From positions 1 through 32,663 of the forward strand of contig NW_014040127.1 in NCBI RefSeq assembly GCF_001186125.1: a stretch of DNA of 32,663 nucleotides. The letters are read 5' to 3'. This DNA is from Sphaeroforma arctica JP610. Its lineage: Eukaryota. Shown here one piece after another: positions 21,485 through 32,663 of the stretch. Under the pieces are notes generated by a model. That model saw nothing but the letters and a program-made list of their open reading frames with translations. It was not told the DNA's origin and did not search any database. Within the stretch, counting starts at the first letter, position 1. Every line of letters starts with the position of its first letter. Position numbers and translations under genes: made by a program.

Positions 21485-22774
21485 ATGACAGACGTTGACG
21501 CAATGGATATTGACATCAGTGGTCCGGTATGAAGTTACCTTTCTTTAAGAGTTGGCTGTGTGAGATATATCGTGCTCCGTTCTGATTGTATGCATTTAGT
21601 CTGTTCTCTCATCTGCATAAGCCGGCGGCTAATGAAATAGTTGGTTGCACTTTTAACACAGCACTGCATTCCTTCTCGCTTAAAAGAGTATTGCTCGCGC
21701 GTATCTACCATCAAGCAACCTGGACTATTCGGACGTATTCAAAATAGTAATGCATGAATACGACAGCTATGCAGATGAAGTAATATCACGTCTCAAAGTG
21801 CTCGAAGGTTGTTTGTACTCATCGGTACTGAAAGTAGCTGCGAAACCTCCAATACCTTTTCTGAGGTCGTTGTGGGCAGCGCAGTGTTTGTCGAGCATTT
21901 GAGACCCTCGTATATGCGTGTGTAATGTTTGGTGTCTGATGCGCGCATTCATCGCAACGCCGACTAATAAAATCCACAGATCTGAATATACTTGTGGCAG
22001 TCTTTTTAGCGTTATCTAACTGAATACACTAGTTACAATCCTGGTTATTATTGCATAGCCTTATCACTCAAGTGGTTCCTGCGACGATCACGTTCAGATT
22101 GTCTATATTGACCACAAATAACACAATCACGATAGTGGTGACACGATCCAGATATATTGTTCCTGTACTGTGCACATATAAGTAAAGAGAGGTTATACGC
22201 TTCTCCGATCTCTTGAGTGTGCTATTGTATGGGCTAACATGGCATAGTCCAATTCGTAGTCTGTCCTTGCATCGTTTCCGCAGATCAGTAGTGTCTGTTC
22301 GTAAGCGTTGTGGACATAAAAGTTCATATGATTCCAGTGTCACGCTATAGGCCTTGACAGTACTCCGACTGCCGATCTTGCATTACAATGTTTCCTGTTT
22401 CGATGTATATATAGATATGGTGCTCACCCACATGCCAAACGAATCACTATTTAAACTACTACAATATACAAGGTATTCGGAAGATCGCACTGACCTTGTA
22501 TCCGGTTATTTCACATCTCGACTGTACCTCACTACGTCCAAGAAGATAGGTCAAGAAACACGCTGCATTTAAGAGCTTTGAAACATTTGCGATACAGATA
22601 AGATTTCTGCAGTGCTAATTGGCCTCACTAGATGCCACATATCTACGTGTGGGCCGTCATTTGGACAAGCACGTGAATTGGACTAAGAATATATTAGCCT
22701 ACAAAGACATGCATGAGTACAATTCGCCGATAGCGTGGTGGGGTGAAGGGCTATATATACATATATGCATATAT

Positions 22775-22811
<37 letters not shown>

Positions 22812-22821
22812 CTATTATAGT

Positions 22822-22877
<56 letters not shown>

Positions 22878-25800
22878 TATATATTATATATATACTATAT
22901 ATATATATATATACTATATATATANNNNNNNNNNNNNNNNNNNNATATATATATCGGTTCGCTTATGTCTTCAAATCACTCGAATACTTGTCTTGTCCTG
23001 TCCGGTGTCAAACAGGTCAAGTCGATTATCGCGGGCAGTAGCTCGAAATCCACCAAGAAGGAGTCCAGCAGCCACACACTTCCGTGGTATGTGGTGTGCC
23101 TTGAATTGTCGAGTTGAATTGAATCTGTATGTGGAGTGGAGGGTAATTAAGCTGTGAGTATTCTGCTTGCACCTTCCCACTCGCATCGCCAGAGGTACGT
23201 CTGTGTTGCTTCGATTGTCTAAGTTTCTGGTACCCTGTCTGATTGATGTGTTAACGCTCTCATCGAGGAGTGGTGTGGTGTGTTACTTCGTGCTATCATG
23301 TCTAGTTGTAACACCCACTACCTCGGGGGAAAGCTGAACTCTATGAACGAATTCAATAAATGCCCACATAAACGTTTCATGGGGTACATACTCTCTATAT
23401 ATGTATGACACGTGTGTATGTTCTGCGACAGTATCCTGGTGCCATAGAAATACTTTGTCTCAATTATACCTCCGCCGACTCGTCTGTAGGGTTGAAAAAC
23501 ACAGACCACTGGTTTTGACGGACATTGTGGGTAACGAAGAGACGGTCAGCCGGTTGCAAGTGATCGCGCAGCACGGAAACGTTCCCAATATTATTCTGGC
23601 GGTATGTTCTAGTGTGGAGCCTCGGTTACTACGAACATTACACACCTTTGAATACTTGAGATGATGTGCCTGAGTTAGAAACATATATATAGTACTATTC
23701 ATATGTGCTCATGTGATACTTATGTGTGCCTGTTTGCCATGCAAACGCGACACACCACAGTTTGATCGGACTGGTAGAAGGGTCATATGTACTCGGTTGT
23801 ATTTGGGGTTTGCATGTATGATTGAACCGAGTGATTGGCGCTGCAGTGTGGCACAACCCAAATCATGCGAGGTATCTAGGACGTACTAGCACAGGTAAAA
23901 CAAGGCGCCTGGTGAGTCAATCGCTCCCGTACTTCTCAGCGTTCGCCTACACAAACGCACAGGCCATACTGTTACACATCCTCCGCATGTATTCTACGCA
24001 GTGATTTGATTGGTTTGAGAAATGCCACAGATTCACTTTGCGTCTTATTGCACCACTGGATCTCATTCAGATGCATAGACTATCCCGCACATGCATTCAC
24101 CCCCTCGTGTAGGCGAGTCATCTCCGCACACTCTGCGCACACCAGCGGACTTTCCCCGGTACGGAAGTTCTATAAATAGAATAGTGTGCGTGGCCAGGCA
24201 GTTGGTGGGCCTGATCCGTGTCTTTGATAATGTCCCACACACACCTTTGGTCACCCCACCTACGAATTAGTTTTTGCCTGGGGGCACGCTCTGTCACCCT
24301 TGTATTCGATTACTTGTTTTATGTACCATGCGCACACTCCAGCGACCTCTGACGGTAACGGAGAAATACCCCACACCACGTGCTTAGCCAGGTAGTTACC
24401 AGACCCATTGGCTGCTATCGCCAGAACATTTCTCACGCTTGTTGGTTCTATCACATTTGTATCCCTGTCACTGGGGCCTATAATCTACCATGTAGTCTAC
24501 TACCAGTTGTGTATAAGCGCATTAACTTACACCTCTTATCCAATGCCACTTGCATACACCTCAGGGACCTCCTGGTACCGGAAAGACAACCAGCATCATG
24601 TGCTTGGCCAGACAGTTGCTGGGTGCACATGCAAAGGATGCAGTCTTAGAGCTCAACGCCTCCGACGACCGTGGTATCGACACTGTCCGTAATCGGATAA
24701 AAATGTTCGCACAAAAGAAGGTGAGCGGATGAGTTTGTCTGTGTGGTTGGTGTTTATCGTGTTTTTGTGTAGCATGTATGCTTAATCTATACTTTTTTTG
24801 ATATACTTGGGAGTTGAGTGGATTTTTTATCTATTTCCTGTGCGAGCCAAATATCTGCACAAGTGGCCATCGAATTATTCGATTCTGGTCAGTTTGCTTC
24901 GGTATTCTAAATGTTATTATAATTGACTAGAACTTGGTAGCAGTTGAAGCTGAATAGTCGTAAATTTGTATCGTAACAAATACTACTAAATGATGCGTTA
25001 GGTCAAATTTGGGTTCGTACAAAGATTTCCATCGCATAAATGTGACCCCAGCACTTAAATCGAGTATTGCATATATTTCGGAAGTGAAAGGAGCGAATGT
25101 GTCCTTGTCGTTCAGTCCACACATCGTTCTCCGAAAATCAGGCCAGCCAATGTATACCCGACCACTGGCCCTGAAATTCGCTTGCTGTATAAAGGGATAA
25201 AAAGAAATGAGGAAACCCCGACCCATTATTCCAAATTACGGATATTGTCACGCTACGTTGTACGGCGGTACTATATGGCGTTATCCAGCTCGTGTGTTTC
25301 CGTTCAACTCAGGTTCACTTCGCCACCCCCCCCCCCTTTTCGGTAGGTAAACTTGCCCGCTGGCCGACACAAAGTGATCATCCTTGACGAGGCCGATAGC
25401 ATGACGGAGGGTGCACAGCAAGCGCTGCGCCGCACCATGGAGATCTACTCCAACACAACCCGCTTTGCCCTGGCCTGCAATCAGTCCGACAAGATTATTG
25501 AACCCATCCAGGTGTGTGCAGTGGTTAGAACACTGTTTATTTATTCATCGGTACTTGCCGAGTGGTCTGGATACAAACTCCGGTCCTGAACTTTTGGTCT
25601 AGGGCATTTTCCGCTGATTCACCAAGAATTGAACATATAGCGTGAAGAAAGATCGGGGGTGTGGGATCTGTCCCCGTACGACCGCAAGTGTAAAAGCCAC
25701 TTTTATATTTACTCCGCTGCTGCCAGTACACTTCGTCCGGTAATCGAGACGTATGTTCTCTGTCAGGTAACCAAATTCTGCAATGGAACTAATGTTTGAG

Positions 25801-28800
25801 TGTCTCTATAACCCCTCTACGCAGTCCCGATGCGCCATATTGCGATACTCAAGGTTATCGGACAAACAAGTCCTGTCTCGAATTATGCAGGTAGGGCCGA
25901 TTTGTGTAGTGCAATTGTCCAATACAGTGGTCTTCCATCTGTGTACTCCATATAATTCCTATACTTTATTTTGAAACCTAGTTACAACCTACCCATAGAT
26001 ACGTATGCATATCCCAGAATGACCTGATGATTTATATATATATAGCCATGGATCTACTTCGAATGCATTCGTAGCTGTGGTTAAGCGGTGTATAACCATT
26101 TCACAGAGTATCTCGCATATGCCTTTGCTACACTCGGTGATACTGGTCGGCCTGTTTGGTATATTTTTTTTAAAACATGTGCGAGCAAAAAAAACGAGTA
26201 GGTGTTTCCCAATTCATGTTCTCAAAGTCCAATACAAGGCGGGCCTGAGTGCAAGAGTGCATCGCATATGATACGGAAGGTTGTTTATGACTGATACGGA
26301 AGGTTTTTTATGATTGATACGGAAGGTTGTTTATGACTGATACGGAAGGTTGTTTATGACTGATACGGAAGGCTGTTTATGACTGATACGTAAGGTTGTT
26401 TATGACTGATACGGAAGGTTGTTTATGACTGATACGGAAGGTTGTTTATGACTGATACGGAAGGTTATTTATGATTGATACGGAAGATTGTTTATGACTG
26501 ATACGGAAGGTTATTTATGATTGACACGGAAGGTTGTTTATGACTGATACGGAAGGTTGTTTATGACTGATACGGAAGGTTGTTTATGACTGATACGGAA
26601 GGCTGTTTATGACTGATACGTAAGGTTGTTTATGACTTGGCAGTTTCCGCTAGTCCTAGATGAGCGGAACGTATTCATTAGCGTACACGCTTTGTGGTCT
26701 GCCTGTCTACACCAGTGGTGGAGTTTATACTGCACGCAAAGTGGGCTGTTGCTCCCGTTCTGGGATGCGCATACCTCTCGCAAGACAGTAGTACTTTCTG
26801 ATATGTTGTCCCGTTTAGGAACTCTTGGGTATGACTATGTAGAGTGCAACAGTGTGTGTGTGTGTTGTGCGTGCTATGTGCGGAGGCGAAGCCGAGTAGA
26901 TCAGTGCAAATGTTACCATGGCAACATGTTTGAAGAACGTGTATGATGGAGTGAGCCTATTCTGTATGTCGCTGAGGGGAATATCGATGTGGCCTACTGG
27001 TCATAAGAGTACAAGTTTTCTTTAGTATCATAGTCCAACCACATATGCCGTACGTAGTAAGTAGCTGTGTGTTGCTCGTTGCTGTTTGTACAGATCTGCG
27101 AGATTGAGAACGTACCATATACACCTGAAGGTCTGGAGGCTATTGTATTCACGGCTGGCGGAGATATGCGACAAGGGTTGAATAACCTGCAATCCACATA
27201 CTCTGGGTTTAAAACCATAACGCCGGACAACGTGTTCAAAGTGTGCGATCAACCCCACCCGTTGATGATAGCAGAAATGATAAAGGTGTGTATACAACTA
27301 CTGTGTGCTCCTTCGTCCGTAGATGGGTCTTGTGGTCACATAAGAATCGTGGATTCAGGATTAACGCTTGTGGACGCTATTGCATTAGACTTATTTGCTA
27401 TCCACTCCCTCTCGTACTATGCGCGCACCGATACTGTTCTATACGTACACCTGCATATCGTCAAGCACTGGCACGAATTACTTTGGCTCCGTAGAAGTTG
27501 CATGGTAGTTGGTCACACGTGCGTGCACTGTGATCCTGAAACGTATGTTGTGGAAAGGTTTCTTAAATATCACTGGGCAATGTCGTTGCATGTGCACACT
27601 GACACTGTGACAAGTGGAAACACAATAGTCGGTAGAATTCATGTGCGATAGATATCAATGCTCGCGGTCTCTGCAGTTGTCATGCTCGATATGTTTGGTG
27701 CTGTCTCTCAATTCCCAGCCCGTGATTGATGCGATAAGCCTAACGTAGCTGCTCATTTAAATCGGATTTGTCGCAATAACTATCAGTATAACCTTATCAT
27801 TGGTTTTTAATCTGTAGCATAGGTGTTGGTTGTCTTCACAGCTGTTTTATTTTCCACCGTGAGAAATAGCACAGTTATGAATCAAATGTCAGTCCATAGT
27901 AGGATCGTACGATCTTTACGCAGTGCTGTTAGTTTTAATGCTCACTGTAACAGATTTCTCCGCAAAACAAAGTCCGTTTGTAGTATGCTTGTAGATAATT
28001 GTACTTGATTAACCTAAGTCGATGTCTGACCCGCACCAGAACTGTGCTGTTGGCGAGCTGGACGCGGCCGTTGATGCCTTGACCGCATTATGGGATATGG
28101 GATATGCTGCCATAGACATTGTGACTACAATTTTCAGGTTTGTATCTGTTCAATATTGCACCCCATGGCTTTTATCAATCTACATAATTGTATATCAACC
28201 TGATGTGCTATTGTGTATAATTCCACGCGCTTGCTCGTTTGTCTATTGGATCCATGGCTGCCTTCGACCGCTCCGTAAATTCTGTTTGATCGGAATGCAG
28301 CCTTGTGGCGAAAGTGACATATATATATATATATAAAATATATATATATATACATGAGTATATGCATGTATATATATATATATATATAGATAGATAGATA
28401 GATAGATATAAAGTCGCAAATCACACACCTTCGCTACTATGTGACGCATATTGCAAACTTATATTGCCGGCCGTAAGTTGCGCGTGAACAGTAAATGTTG
28501 AGAGGCGATGACCTCATTGTGTTTGTACGCATGCATGTATCATTTTGCCAGCAACGTAAGCTATAAATGCGAATAGATGTATATCGCAATTTTTTTTTGG
28601 GAAATAGTATTCAGTTAGTTCTCCAGATCAGATCCACCATGGCCTTGCTCTTATTTTGGAAGTATAGACCATCAGGCTCGTTATGTCTGCTCCCGGACGT
28701 AGGCTCATAGAGTTAGTCTCAAAATAATGCTGTATGCTTTTGGGAACTCAGTGTGTCTAACGTAAATGGACATACATTTGGGTCTTGCTTGATTTTATCC

Positions 28801-28998
28801 GTAGCTAACTCATTTTGTATTCACCATCGCAGGGTGACGAAAACACTTGACATCCCTGAGTTTTTAAAACTGGAGTTTATTCGTAATATCGCCACAACAC
28901 ACATGAGAGTAGTCGAAGGGCTGACCTCGTTTGTACAATTGAGCGGTTTGCTAGCACGAATGGTGATAGTCTCGAAAAAGAAGATGGTAATCACTTAG
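21485..28998 (+). CDS. RFC2: Replication factor C small subunit (human RFC2 / yeast Rfc4), about 355 aa
   Basis: Exons 21485-21526, 23016-23086, 23490-23601, 24565-24720, 25347-25511, 25825-25890, 27094-27285, 28040-28137 and 28833-28998 (1068 nt, GT-AG, phase-consistent). Motifs: LPWVEKHRP, Walker [22 protein letters not shown], Walker [16 protein letters not shown] and CDQPHP. The first exon is the least certain. Confidence 0.95.
22751..22953. repeat. (TA)n microsatellite containing a 20-N assembly gap (22925-22944)
   Basis: Read directly. It lies in RFC2 intron 1. Confidence 0.95.
26269..26636. repeat. Minisatellite, 16 x 23 bp (TGATACGGAAGGTTGTTTATGAC), in RFC2 intron 6
   Basis: Sixteen head-to-tail copies with no spacers and 0-2 substitutions per copy. 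Confidence 0.97.
28318..28410. repeat. (TA)n/(GATA)n microsatellite in RFC2 intron 8
   Basis: Read directly from the sequence. Confidence 0.95.
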
Positions 28999-29455
28999 AA
29001 GCTGCGGGCGTATGATGAATTTGGTACGAATTTTCCGCTTATTCGAATAATTAAAGTGCCGCGTTATCAGCGCACACGGCTATCCAATAAACAATAATAC
29101 CATCTCCTTTTAAACATAAACAGTTGTGAAGCTATGGGACTGGATGTAAACGACTCAAAATTACCTTAGGTGAGTAGGTCGAAGTTCTTTGGCTGTGACA
29201 ACCATCACTATCGCACGATATTCTTCATACAGATTCGTTCTCTATCAACTATCGAGTGAGTGGACTATATCATCTTTCGGGTAGATAACAAAGTCGCAGC
29301 GTAAAGGGGTTTTTTACAGAAGTGTAATATTGCGCGATCGCGTGCGGTTGCGCATGACAGTTAGCAACATCCAAAACGGTAAACACAGACAGGCTTCTCC
29401 CCCACAAGCGTGGTATTAAATGGCCTAATTGAATTTATCTTAAATTTTTCTCGTC

Positions 29456-31949
29456 CTAGTACATTCCGGGCCCAAAAGCCATAAGTAACGCGGGATATGC
29501 GAAACCTAATACAAGTCTACTGTAGTTGCTCATCGCCCACGCGTAGTAATATGGAGGTCTCTCGAACCCGAGCGATAATAAGAAAGGCACGCCTACTAAC
29601 ATTGCTGTGAAAAAAAAAAAGATAGGCGGATAAGTTTGTGGTCGAACAGAACAAAAGTGAGAAGAAAACAAGCCTTCGCTCAAGTTCCTTATTCGGTGTG
29701 TTGTGTAGGTCTCGAGAGTATTCACACGTGAATGAAGAGGACTGGGTGTCTTCACATATGCATATGGGATGGTATGTACACGACAACGTACAATCTCACA
29801 TGATAAGACTCAAAGATTTCGGCATTTAAAACTGTAGTACAGAAAAAAAAAATGAAATTATCGAAGAGAATACCAAGCAAGGGATGTGCACATATATAAA
29901 CACACACACATAAAATTCTAACAGTACAATGCCGTATGGATTCAGTCACACGTATATAAACATGTTTACATCTATATTTTCACACGTATATTAACATGTT
30001 TACATCTATATTTTGCATATGTGTGATCGAAAAAGTGCCAAGTTGTGAATTACATTCGGAATATCTACACCGTGTGCATGTATGTAGGCCTGGTGTGCTT
30101 GTGAGTCGATGAATACGTAGGTGTAGCACTTGGCATCAGACTGAAAATCGACTGTGGAGAATGTGACACTTCTCACGGCACCATCCAAACGCAAATAGTA
30201 GCAAAGCTCAATGCGAGTCTACTACAGCGTCGTCACCTGGTTGCTACTATGTGTCTGCATGGAACAGCTTATACTGACACTTGCAGTAGCTCCGAGGATA
30301 GATCCCAGAAGGTCTAGATGACAATTGACGGACAATTACTTGTACTACACAACAGCGAAGATATATAAATGCGAAACGGAGTGGATCATTGTCCCGGCTT
30401 ACATAATAGACTAGGTAGGACCAGCAATAGCACCAGGTATTTGGCGAGTCGGCCCCAGCGATCTTGAGGCGGTGAGTACGCATCGAATTGTTCCAAAAAC
30501 TGAGCGAGCGAGAGGTAAAAACGAAGTCGCGTTTGAATACATCACTTGAGGTTGGGGTGAACAAAATACGGAATCACGCATTTCCTGAGTAAATACCTTG
30601 CTTGAAATACATAACATGCGGCTCGCAAACCAACCTTAATATACTCGGGGCGTAATCCACTCTTCTTTGCGCCCTCTATTACTATATCTCGGTAGCGTTT
30701 ACTAGGCTTATTCTTCATTGATATATCGACAGACGTCCGACAGTAGCCACCGAGGAGTGCAAACCCTTTGATCTGCGTTCCATCAAAAGCAGATACCTGC
30801 ACAACGATCAAATATGCCATTATTAATTAAATATACATTGTAGAAACCCTTGGATCACTCAATTTTGTACTCCCAGTTTTCTTCGTAATCAGAAGGAATA
30901 TTATTTGGGACATATATATGAAACTATCTGCGAGAAATGGGTTTCCCTACCCCTTCTGTCCACTCGTTTCCTTTTCTGCATAAAAACCAACACAGAGTAT
31001 GCAAGGCGAGCTCTCCACACTACAATTTGTTCTGCATGGTAATGCATGGTGACTACCCCGTATCAGGTACATACTTACAATCGATCAAAAATACACCAAA
31101 AATAAACAGTGGCTTAACCCAGAATTGGACAAATTTTGGCAGTTCGTTTGACACTCACACCCAGAAACACTCGGGCATTTACGCACTAACGTCCTTGCAC
31201 GCGAGCCTGACAGCACAAAATATTTACACCAATCGTGATTCACAATCCATGTCATCTAATAGAGGATTGGTTATATACTTCACGCAACAATATTGGAATC
31301 ATGTGAATGAAGATTCTGCGCAATAGCTAAGCATTCGCAGTGTTGTTGCAGTGGTTTAGTCGCAGTGTTGTTTCTATTGAAAATAGCTGCACGCTGAGTA
31401 TACTTCCTCAGTTTCAGTAATTGTACAATAATCTGCCTCGAGTTCCCTACTGAGTGCCATCGAATCACATGCAATAGAATCTAGCCCGTGATTCGGGGTT
31501 TCCTCGATAAAAAAACATACGTTTATCATTTCCGAGGAATAAAGCCCCAGATCATTGTATCCGTGACCCCCCTCTGTCGCCAGTATCCGCATGTATTCGC
31601 TCTCTGGCCACGAGCAACATAAAAAAAAATGTCCAAACTCATTAACTAAAACGACTCAGTGATATGAAACGGAAATACCGTGGTATTTGGTGAAGGCCAG
31701 TGTCGTAGAACTTCCGAGCCCACAGTACTTTGGAAAAGAGAACCACACGAACAACGAATCTAATTCTAATATCAATCAGGCCGTGATGTCAATACCTCGG
31801 ATTTGATAAGCAACCGCCTGGGCGTCAGGATAACTGTCAAACGCCTTGTGTTCGCTCCGATGCCTTAGAGTGGCGAAGCAGGGCTCCAGATACGGCACGG
31901 CATCCATTGAAAACGTAAAGACATGATCTGGAATGGTGACATTGACGGA
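29456..31949 (-). CDS. Gamma-glutamylcyclotransferase-fold protein of the GliK-like type with a hydrophobic C-terminus, 5'-partial
   Basis: Exons 31949-31796, 31603-31521, 30796-30635, 30499-30403 and 29604-29456 (TAG), phase-consistent GT-AG. Motifs: VPYLEPCFAT, AVAYQI, EYMRILATEGG, PSKRYRDIVIEGAKKSGLRPEY and a terminal FGPG. The expected N-terminal YGSN exon was not found in 31950-32663, so it is probably outside the window. Confidence 0.75.
29948..30014. repeat. About 34-bp tandem duplication in the last intron of the GGCT-like gene
   Basis: CACACGTATATWAACATGTTTACATCTATATTTT occurs twice. Confidence 0.9.
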
Positions 31950-32663
31950 CTGTCGGTGTGGAGTAGGTACACTGGAGGTTACAAACGATACAATTGCACG
32001 TAGTAGAAGCGATCCGGAAGTGGTGAAGAAAATCCATTTGTGAGAATAAACCACACATACTTATGCTATATCGATAAGCGGACAGACATGTAGCTGGTAA
32101 ATATTATTGACGTGATGTAATTCATATTTCAAGTTATGGTCAAAGTTGAGGAATATTCCCGGCTCTCATGGTACACTTAACTCCTTCGAGAATATGAGTA
32201 ATTATTTTTTGGGGGGGGATGGCATACATGTGTAGGGGTAAAACTGCATACGCAAAGCGCCTCGTGAACCAACACATCCAAAGTTCAATTTATAGTGACG
32301 ACTACAATATGAGGATGTATGTATCATGAACTAGTTCAACCCTTGACATTTGCTATGTATAAACGTGTTCGAATATATCGATATCTGGATAAATTACATG
32401 AAAAGATAATATCTTAGCTTTCAGCAAAGTTTGTAGCATGTGATCATGAACTACAAAGCGAGATATACTTATACCCAAGTAGGGTCTACCACAAGGCTGG
32501 CTTATGATATAGAGCAGTAATCTAGATACAGGCTTCTTAGGCAACTGGCACCTATATTGACACTCTGTTTCGATCTAAATGACCTGATTGTTTCATGCAA
32601 AGGCGGTACAGACCACTTAACAGTAGAGAAAAAGCATCCATCATCCGATCCTATCACAGAATT

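Noticed and set aside
26269..26636. CRISPR-like array or 23-bp telomere-type repeat
   Set aside because: There are no unique spacers and no cas genes, and it lies in a eukaryotic intron. Only the unit length resembles some yeast telomere repeats.

Overview
Eukaryotic, intron-rich, microsatellite-rich genomic DNA. The gene content and style suggest a unicellular opisthokont/holozoan such as an ichthyosporean, but that is inference only. I assembled six protein-coding loci by hand from splice sites and frame phase: (1) the 3' part of an EXD3/Mut-7/Nibbler-like DEDDy 3'-5' exonuclease (+, <260-6803, with one GC-AG intron); (2) an essentially intronless hormone-sensitive lipase (LIPE-like) broken by two frameshifts but with an intact catalytic triad (-, 9499-7598); (3) a POT/PTR2 peptide transporter (-, 2 exons); (4) RRP9/U3-55K (-, 7 exons), head-to-head with (5) RFC2 (yeast Rfc4) (+, 9 exons); (6) the 3' part of a GliK-like gamma-glutamylcyclotransferase (-). 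The best hidden signal is a candidate box H/ACA snoRNA in RRP9 intron 5, whose pocket is complementary to the conserved 18S rRNA sequence UUGAUUACGUCCC. Other points of note are the double-frameshifted lipase, a GAGTC-rich intergenic block of about 2.3 kb, an E-box/E2F-like bidirectional promoter, and a 16 x 23-bp minisatellite. No CRISPR, tRNA, rRNA or transposase was seen. Most short ORFs in the supplied track are shadow, intronic or microsatellite ORFs.
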